DNA of 64,000 nucleotides, from the IMG/VR virus record IMGVR_UViG_3300028048_002245. The stretch is one strand, 5' to 3'. The notes under the pieces are model-generated. The model ran no database searches. It saw nothing but the letters and a program-made list of their open reading frames with translations, and was not told the origin of the DNA. This stretch comes from an uncultured virus (IMG/VR IMGVR_UViG_3300028048_002245). Taxonomy: Duplodnaviria > Heunggongvirae > Uroviricota > Caudoviricetes. Shown piece by piece: positions 57,643 through 64,000 of this stretch; the stretch's first letter is position 1; the number at the start of each line of letters is the position of its first letter. The translations under genes were made by a program, and so were the position numbers.

Positions 57643-58602
57643 ATGAGTAAAGCAGACGTTATTTTTAAAAAGATGTGCCGGGATATAATCGACAACGGCA
57701 CGGATACGAGAGGACAGGCGGTGCGTCCGCACTGGGCGGACGGTGAGGCTGCGTACACGATAAAGCAGTTCGGGGTCGTGAACAGGTACGACCTGCGGGA
57801 GGAGTTCCCGGCGGTTACGCTTCGAAGGACAGCGATAAAGAGCGCAACCGACGAGATTCTTTGGATCTGGCAGAAGAAGTCGAACAATATCCACGAGCTG
57901 CACTCACACATCTGGGATGAGTGGGCGGATGCTGACGGAAGCATAGGAAAAGCCTATGGATTCCAGCTGGCGAGAAAGTACTGTTGGAACGACATCACAG
58001 AAGCCGGGATCAGACAGGTCTATGGAGACGATTTTGTCGTGCAGAAAGTTCATGAAGGCGAGGAGAGCCTGTATTCGGGACACGTTTTGTACAATGCAGA
58101 TCGCCAGATGTACATGATGGACCAGGTCGACAAGATCCTTTACGATCTGAAGGTGCACCCGTTTTCACGCAGGATCATGACGAATCTCTATGACTTCGCG
58201 GATCTGCCGGAGATGAACCTATACCCGTGTGCTTACAGCTGCACTTTTAATGTCACAGAGGAAAACGGGCAGAAAGTGCTGAACATGCTCTTAAACCAGC
58301 GTTCACAGGACACTCTGACGGCAAATAACTGGAACGTCTGCCAGTACGCCGTTCTTCTTTCGATGATCGCGAGAGACGTGGACATGATACCAGGAGTGCT
58401 TCTGCATGTGATAGCGGATGCGCATATCTATGACAGGCACGTGCCGTTAGTTGAGGAGCTGATCTCGAGGCCTGAGCATCCGGCACCGAAGTTCTGGCTG
58501 AACCCGGAAAAGCACGATTTTTATGATTTTACAAGGGAAGATGTGAGACTTGACGATTACGAGACCGGTGAGCAGATAAAGGACATCCCGGTCGCTATCT
58601 GA
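57643..58602 (+). CDS. thyA: Thymidylate synthase
   Basis: IWDEWAD, SRR, LYPC, QRSQD, N..QY, AHIY; GC-richer than its flanks. Confidence 0.95.
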   Translation: MSKADVIFKKMCRDIIDNGTDTRGQAVRPHWADGEAAYTIKQFGVVNRYDLREEFPAVTLRRTAIKSATDEILWIWQKKSNNIHELHSHIWDEWADADGSIGKAYGFQLARKYCWNDITEAGIRQVYGDDFVVQKVHEGEESLYSGHVLYNADRQMYMMDQVDKILYDLKVHPFSRRIMTNLYDFADLPEMNLYPCAYSCTFNVTEENGQKVLNMLLNQRSQDTLTANNWNVCQYAVLLSMIARDVDMIPGVLLHVIADAHIYDRHVPLVEELISRPEHPAPKFWLNPEKHDFYDFTREDVRLDDYETGEQIKDIPVAI

Positions 58603-58611
58603 GGTGAAAAA

Positions 58612-58719
58612 ATGCAGGCAATAGCAGCAGTAGACAATAACTGGGCGATAGGCTACAAGGGAAGGCTTCTGACGAGCATCCCTGAGGACATGAAGCTATT
58701 TAAAAACGAGACGATGTGA
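58612..58719 (+). pseudogene. folA: Truncated dihydrofolate reductase (first 35 aa only)
   Basis: MQAIAAVDNNWAIGYKGRLLTSIPEDMKLFKNETM-stop; RBS GAGGTG; directly after thyA. Confidence 0.88.
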
Positions 58720-58735
58720 CTACAAGCTCCAGCAG

Positions 58736-59476
58736 GTTCCCGCTCGTAAGAGCGGGTGGATAGAAACAATGATGTCTTGAACAAGCTGGAACTGCAGCGT
58801 GTTCCCGTTCGTAAGAACGGGTGGATAGAAATGTTGGATAGAAACTACACAGGAACTAAGATGGATAGACCGAAATATTCCCGCTCATAAGAGCGGGTGG
58901 ATAGAAACCAGTTCGAGCGCGACCTTATCGTGGAGCGTACAGTTCCCGCTCGCAAGAGCGGGTGGATAGAAACCTTTCTCTTGTGATAACAATGATTTTC
59001 TTTGATTCCCGCTCGCAAGAGCGGGTGGATAGAAACATAAGTCCAAGAGTAACGACTTCCTTTTCATCATGCTCCCGCTCACAGGAGCGGGTGGATAGAA
59101 ACACGGGTGCAGCCGGAAAAGGAATCGCACTCCAGATTCCCGCTCGCAAGAGCGGGTGGATAGAAACAAGCAGGACCGGAAGGCCCGCAGGGTATTCAGG
59201 ATTCCCGCTCGCAAGAGCGGGTGGATAGAAACTACTGTACAGATCCATTATCTTCTGTGCCGCTATTCCCGCTCGCAAGAGCGGGTGGATAGAAACGGCG
59301 GATAGAAAAAGTGGATGGAAACATTGAAAGGTCTTTGGAAAAGCTAAAGAGTAATTCCCGTTCGTAAGAACGGGTGGATAGAAATGGTGGATAGAAATAG
59401 GAAGTGCCAAGGAGGTGCCAAAGAGGTGCCATTGGTGGCACCTCCTTATGCTTTTTAGTTCCCGCTCGCAAGAGCG
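58736..59476 (+). CRISPR. CRISPR array: 10 full 32-bp repeats plus one partial, type I-C-like repeat, no cas genes in window
   Basis: (G/A)TTCCCGCTCGCAAGAGCGGGTGGATAGAAAC at 58736, 58801, 58877, 58942, 59005, 59071, 59136, 59201, 59265 and 59354, partial at 59458; unique spacers mostly 31-34 bp. Confidence 0.93.
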
Positions 59477-59670
59477 ATAATGGTGGTTAGATAATGCCGA
59501 GAGGCGAGCAGGAGTCAACAGCCCACGACCCTAAAGGGTCGGGGCTTGCAGCTGGTCCCGGAAGTACTAACGTGACGCTGTAAGCGTCCTCCTTCCTTTA
59601 ATAGATGGGAATACACCCTTATACCGCCGCATCATCGGGTGGCTGACAGCACCCGCGAATAAGCCTCCTG

Positions 59671-60888
59671 TCATGCAGGAGCTTCGCTCTTAAAAGATGG
59701 CCTTTCTTCGCCTGACACCCACAGCGTGCCCAGAAGCCAGATATTCATGGCTCCCACACGGTCATCGTTTGTCTTGAAGCCACATTTGTCGCAGACGTAA
59801 TAGTGTGTGTCGTGATGCCTGTTCTCCTTGTGGATGCGTCCACAGTGAGGGCATCTCTGCGATGTGTATGCCGCATCGACTTTAAGGGCTTCCGAGCCTG
59901 TTTCATGGGCTTTGTATGTAAGCTTGTTTTCAAGATCATAGAAAGCCCAGTTTCTCAGGTCGTGGGTCTGCTTTTTCGAGTGGAAGTTTCTCTCATCAGT
60001 GGAGACATCCTCAAGGTCTTCAAGCACATACAGTGTACCGGAGCCATATCTGTTTACGAGTGCCTTACTGAGACGATGGTTGACATCGCTCATCCAACGG
60101 TTCTCTCGTCCAGAGATACGTTTGAGTGCTCTTTTTGCTGACTTTGTACCTTTAGCCTGGAGTTCTGCCCTTACATGGTCAAAGCTGTCACGTTTACATA
60201 AGATCTGTTTCCCGCTCTCGAAAGAAGTCTTCTGGCTGCTGTCGTAGACAGTTTCCAGAAAACGCAACCCCCTGTCGATACCAACGACCTGCTTTACATC
60301 GGAACGCCCGAAGTCAGAAACTTCCTTTGTTGCCGATATATGCAGATACCAGACACCTTTAAGCTCCACGAGCTTTGCTGTGCCGAACTTCCATGTGCCG
60401 TCAAGAAACTTCTTCATGGCATCGGGTGCGGTAAACGGGCACCTTACCCGTTTGCCGAGCGTGTTGATGGAGATCGTGCTCCCGTTATCAACAAAGCTGT
60501 AGTCGCGGTTGCGGACCAGATCCGCCTGCGGGCGATGGAAGTCCAATGGTTTCTGAAGCCAGTTCATGTCTCTGGAGATGCTGTAATAACGACCGTCCGC
60601 CTTGAACTTATAAGGCTTCTTTTTCATCTGGGTGTCGACTGTCTGATATCTTGCGGTGACGGTGCGTATGGCAGACTGCGCCATCTGTGACTTCAGGCCG
60701 TACTCGCTGCGGAGGTGGTCGTACAGGAGCTTTGACAGTACGACGGAATTGATCATAAAGCCGTGGCTGAATATATACTTTGAGACATAATCACAGGCAA
60801 GCATGTACCTGTATGTGACTTCCTCAAAGGCGGCATTGATGCTGTCATCCGTATCCAGTTTTAACTTTAAGACTTCCGCAAGCTGCAT
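59671..60888 (-). CDS. tnpB: TnpB RNA-guided nuclease
   Basis: GIDRG, VLEDL, YTSQRCPHCG..CDKCG, DDRVGAMNI. Confidence 0.93.
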   Translation of the reverse strand: MQLAEVLKLKLDTDDSINAAFEEVTYRYMLACDYVSKYIFSHGFMINSVVLSKLLYDHLRSEYGLKSQMAQSAIRTVTARYQTVDTQMKKKPYKFKADGRYYSISRDMNWLQKPLDFHRPQADLVRNRDYSFVDNGSTISINTLGKRVRCPFTAPDAMKKFLDGTWKFGTAKLVELKGVWYLHISATKEVSDFGRSDVKQVVGIDRGLRFLETVYDSSQKTSFESGKQILCKRDSFDHVRAELQAKGTKSAKRALKRISGRENRWMSDVNHRLSKALVNRYGSGTLYVLEDLEDVSTDERNFHSKKQTHDLRNWAFYDLENKLTYKAHETGSEALKVDAAYTSQRCPHCGRIHKENRHHDTHYYVCDKCGFKTNDDRVGAMNIWLLGTLWVSGEERPSFKSEAPA

Positions 60889-60957
60889 AAAAACATCCTT
60901 TCTTTCAATGCATATATATGATATGATATTTCTATTGAAAAGTCAAGGAGGGCGCTC

Positions 60958-61389
60958 ATGCTTAGGGATTTTGTCATGCTGTATGACAGGGACGGATACC
61001 ACCACAGTGGTCACAACAAGACGAAGCTGCTTGTGCATCTGATCTTCGTCACCAAATACAGGAAAGCGATACTTGCCGGGGATCTCAGGAATGCTGTAAA
61101 GCAGCAGGTGTTCGAATCTGCAAAACGTCATCTCTGGTACATAGATACCATGGAAACGGACAAAGATCACATACACATCCTACTTCAGTATCCGCCCGAT
61201 GACAGCGTAAGGCGTATAGCGTCTACACTCAAACAGGAAAGCACATACTATATCTGGAAACAATATCCAGAGTTCCTGAAACAGAACTATTGGAAAGAAC
61301 ACACTTTGTGGTCAGACGGATATTTTGCAGCAAGCATAGGTGATGTGTCTACTGCTACCATCCGAAAATACATCGAGAACCAAGGTTAG
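60958..61389 (+). CDS. tnpA: IS200-type HUH (Y1) transposase
   Basis: HLIFVTKYR, DHIH, LWSDGYF..S.G, YIENQ. Confidence 0.95.
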   Translation: MLRDFVMLYDRDGYHHSGHNKTKLLVHLIFVTKYRKAILAGDLRNAVKQQVFESAKRHLWYIDTMETDKDHIHILLQYPPDDSVRRIASTLKQESTYYIWKQYPEFLKQNYWKEHTLWSDGYFAASIGDVSTATIRKYIENQG

Positions 61390-61459
61390 TAAAAACGACC
61401 CTAAAGGGTCGTGGTTTCTTTATTAAATTTATGAAACATTGCCAGAAAGGAATAAAGAG

Positions 61460-61696
61460 ATGAAAGAGACAACGCTTTATATTTGCGAGATCTGCGGGGA
61501 AAGATACGCAGACAGAAAAGAGGCTGAGAACTGCGAAGCGGCACACGTCAGGCCAAAGAAGCTGACAAAAGCCATGAAATTCCACCCGTACAAGAGTGGT
61601 AAGGACCCGGTTCTTACACACTACGAAGTATCCCAGTACCCAGACTGGATAGACATCGAGATGCAGGACGGTAGCATCGTCAGATATAAACGATAA
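61460..61696 (+). CDS. Small C2H2-like zinc-finger protein
   Basis: Y.CEICG..Y.....A..CE..H. Confidence 0.6.
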   Translation: MKETTLYICEICGERYADRKEAENCEAAHVRPKKLTKAMKFHPYKSGKDPVLTHYEVSQYPDWIDIEMQDGSIVRYKR

Positions 61697-61742
61697 GCGG
61701 ATGTGGAGCAGCCGAGAGGCAGAACTGTCTTATCGACTTGAC

Positions 61743-63266
61743 GAGATTGGCGGCACACGCTCGTGACTTTAGTCATGAATTAGCCGCTTAAGATCTCAAT
61801 GCAGGGTTTCAGTCAGAAAGGAAAATAGCACATGAAGATATACTCTACATATTCTGTTAAAATAAAACAATACAATCATATATTTTCTGAGACAGTAGCT
61901 ATATATAGGGATGCTGTCAATTTCCTTATGGATGTATGTCTGACTGAATGGAACTTGATCTCTGCTATACAAGGTAATCAGGCTCAAATGACGTATATAG
62001 AGTCGCTCTGTCATAAAACCAAAGAACACCCTTCTCCTAAGTATGATTTTGATTCCAGATTCTATAAGATGCCGTCATATATACGCAGAGCGGCAATATA
62101 TGAAGCTATAGGTAAAGTGTCATCTTATAAATCTAACCTTGCTAACTGGGAGTCAAATCCTACTGGTAAGAAACCCACTCTTAAAACTTGTGGGTACGTA
62201 TATCCATCCCTATATCGCACCGGGATGTATAAATTTACAGATAATTATTCTGCACAGATTAAGATATACCGTAACAATACATGGGATTGGCTGCCAATTA
62301 GTCTTCGTAAATCAGACATGGACTATATCTATCGCAGATGCAATGGACGCAAGATGTGCGCTCCTACGCTTCAGAGGCGAGGCAAAGAATGGTTTTTAGA
62401 TTTCCCGTTTGAAGAAGAGGTTACTCTTACAGATACAAATAACCTTGTAGTTGGCGTTGACCTTGGCTTAAATTCGGCATGTACGTGTTGCATCATGGAT
62501 TTAAAAGGCACTATCTACGGCAGACGTTTTCTTAGACTGCCAAGTGAAACAGACCGTTTGAACCATGCTATAAACCGTATAAAGAAAGCCCAACAGTATG
62601 GTAATCGCAAGATGCCTAGGCTGTGGGCTAAAGCTAAAGGTTTAAACGATGATATAGCTGTTAAAACAGCTAACTTTATCATAGACACAGCTAAAATGCA
62701 CCATACTGACACCATAGTTTTTGAACACTTAGACCTTGCAGGCAAAAAACATGGTTCTAAGAAACAGAAACTTTATATGTGGAAGGCAAAGTATGTGCAA
62801 TCTATGGTAACAGACAAGGCTCACAGACTCAGTATGAGGATATCCCATATTTGTGCATGGGGAACATCGCGACTAGCGTTTGATGGCAGTGGCAGGGTTC
62901 TTCGTGGTAAAGAGGCAGATATGCCTACATACAGTTTGTGTAAATTTCAAAATGGCAAAACATACAACTGCGATCTTAACGCTTCGTATAATATAGCAGC
63001 CCGCTATTATATACGAGAAATCTTAAAATCCTGTTCGGTGACGGACAGGTTGGACATTGAGGCTAAAGTTCCTCATTGTTCTAAGAGAAGCACCTGCACG
63101 TTAGCTGACCTTATTAGCTTAAATGCGGTCTTAGACAACAAATCAGTTGCCTAAGTGCTGAGTTTATGCTGTATGGACAGAAACGCAGTCCGATGCCCCT
63201 AAAAGGCAACTACAATGTAGATTGTAGCAATAGGAAGCACGCGACTTTAGTCGTGCGAGGCTTCAC
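61743..63266 (+). mobile_element. IS200/IS605-family tnpB-only element (third family)
   Basis: Left hairpin CTCGTGACTTTAGTCATGA after TTGAC; right hairpin GCACGCGACTTTAGTCGTGC and terminal CTTCAC. Confidence 0.88.
61832..63154 (+). CDS. tnpB: TnpB-family nuclease (variant lacking the canonical CxxC zinc finger)
   Basis: GVDLG, VFEHL and NCDLNASYNI RuvC motifs; enclosed by IS ends. Confidence 0.88.
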   Translation: MKIYSTYSVKIKQYNHIFSETVAIYRDAVNFLMDVCLTEWNLISAIQGNQAQMTYIESLCHKTKEHPSPKYDFDSRFYKMPSYIRRAAIYEAIGKVSSYKSNLANWESNPTGKKPTLKTCGYVYPSLYRTGMYKFTDNYSAQIKIYRNNTWDWLPISLRKSDMDYIYRRCNGRKMCAPTLQRRGKEWFLDFPFEEEVTLTDTNNLVVGVDLGLNSACTCCIMDLKGTIYGRRFLRLPSETDRLNHAINRIKKAQQYGNRKMPRLWAKAKGLNDDIAVKTANFIIDTAKMHHTDTIVFEHLDLAGKKHGSKKQKLYMWKAKYVQSMVTDKAHRLSMRISHICAWGTSRLAFDGSGRVLRGKEADMPTYSLCKFQNGKTYNCDLNASYNIAARYYIREILKSCSVTDRLDIEAKVPHCSKRSTCTLADLISLNAVLDNKSVA

Positions 63267-64000
63267 TTAGTCTGTTGCAGGTATGTTTTCCATAACAACT
63301 TTGTTACGCCCTGTAGTTTTCGCCTTATACATCAGTTCATCTGCTTTTTTTAGGCTCAGATCAAAACTTTCGCCATCGTATTCAGCAACGCCTATAGATA
63401 CCGTTATAGGAATATCATGGTTTACTGAATTTTTGTTTTCAGTTGCTATAGCACGTCTGATGCGTTCAGCAACTTTTCCTGCTCCCTTCAGTTCGGTATT
63501 TATAAGGACGATGACAAATTCCTCGCCACCCCATCTGAAGAGATAATCTTCATTGCGTATACAGTCTCTTGTAGTCGTTGCTATAAATTTCAGTACTTCA
63601 TCTCCCATTTCATGCCCATAGGTATCATTTACATTCTTAAAATGGTCTATATCGAGCATGAGCATTGACATCGGAAGTCTGCCCTTTATCCTGTTTGTAC
63701 CACTTATAAGAAGATCTGTTGCTTTTTTCCGATTGTAACATCCTGTAAGAGCATCTGTCACAGACAGATCCCTTAACTGTTTTTCTGCTTCATACTGCAT
63801 CTGATAATTTTTATCTACAGAAAAAGAGAGAATTGCTGTTATAATCAGACTTGTATAGAGAAATATTACTGACTCAAGAAGATGGTCAGGAGTTAGAAAT
63901 ACCAGAGCCAGTGTTATTTCTGCACCAAAGGTTATCGTGGATGTTGTCATATCACGCAGACGCAGAGGAAAATTTGAAGCAAACAGACCGAAAAGAAGCA
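63267..64000 (-). CDS. Membrane-bound diguanylate cyclase (5' part probably outside window)
   Basis: TDALTG.YNR, DID.FK.VND.YGH..GD, RWGGEEF, K..GRN. Confidence 0.9.
   Translation of the reverse strand, partial: LLFGLFASNFPLRLRDMTTSTITFGAEITLALVFLTPDHLLESVIFLYTSLIITAILSFSVDKNYQMQYEAEKQLRDLSVTDALTGCYNRKKATDLLISGTNRIKGRLPMSMLMLDIDHFKNVNDTYGHEMGDEVLKFIATTTRDCIRNEDYLFRWGGEEFVIVLINTELKGAGKVAERIRRAIATENKNSVNHDIPITVSIGVAEYDGESFDLSLKKADELMYKAKTTGRNKVVMENIPATD

Larger units (their letters stand above)
59514..61422 (-). mobile_element. IS605-type element (divergent tnpA and tnpB)
   Basis: End hairpins ACGACCCTAAAGGGTCG at ~59525 and ~61395; the right end terminates TTGAC on the minus strand. Confidence 0.88.

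Noticed and set aside
58768..59457. Self-targeting spacers
   Set aside because: No match to the window was found by eye; not exhaustively tested, so an alignment is needed.
58885..59518. Several ORFs over the CRISPR array
   Set aside because: Their repeated peptides (FYPPALASGN, FLSTRSCER) are translations of the repeat.
61698..61725. tRNA-like fragment sharing GCCGAGAGGC with 59496..59505 (TnpB guide region)
   Set aside because: Only a 10-bp match, no cloverleaf or T-arm, and not TAM-adjacent; likely chance.
61832..63154. Possible Cas12f effector for the nearby array
   Set aside because: It is enclosed by its own IS ends, has a deleted relative at 53656..54237, and is 2.3 kb from the array; it behaves as a transposon TnpB.

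Overview
This 64-kb window looks like part of a large low-GC Firmicute (Clostridia/Lachnospiraceae-like, inferred) megaplasmid or chromid rather than a core chromosome. The backbone has two Rep_3-type initiators, each beside its own iteron field (one also has DnaA boxes), a phage-type replisome-organiser/helicase-loader pair, and a type Ib-like ParA/small ParB/AT-rich centromere. It also carries a Tad-like pilus locus with four related short pilin-like genes and DNA-metabolism genes (RecD2, YqaJ, primase-like, PARP-like, NT5C, ThyA), plus ClpB, LepB and two GGDEF proteins. An 11-kb ISL3-type transposon (TIRs, 8-bp TSD) carries a type I R-M operon with three extra genes, and there is a separate two-methylase/PLD-nuclease type II R-M system. 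IS200/IS605 (OMEGA) elements are dense: four TnpB genes with intact RuvC motifs, two IscB, one TnpA, an omegaRNA-only derivative, an in-frame mini-TnpB and collapsed single-hairpin scars. A cas-less CRISPR array is fused to a truncated folA and abuts a TnpB right end. The most notable unexplained structure is a family of repeated 5' leaders (near-consensus sigma70 promoter, then a conserved terminator, then a conserved switchable multi-hairpin motif) in front of several DNA-processing and unknown genes. All protein calls come from motif recognition by eye; no database searches were run.
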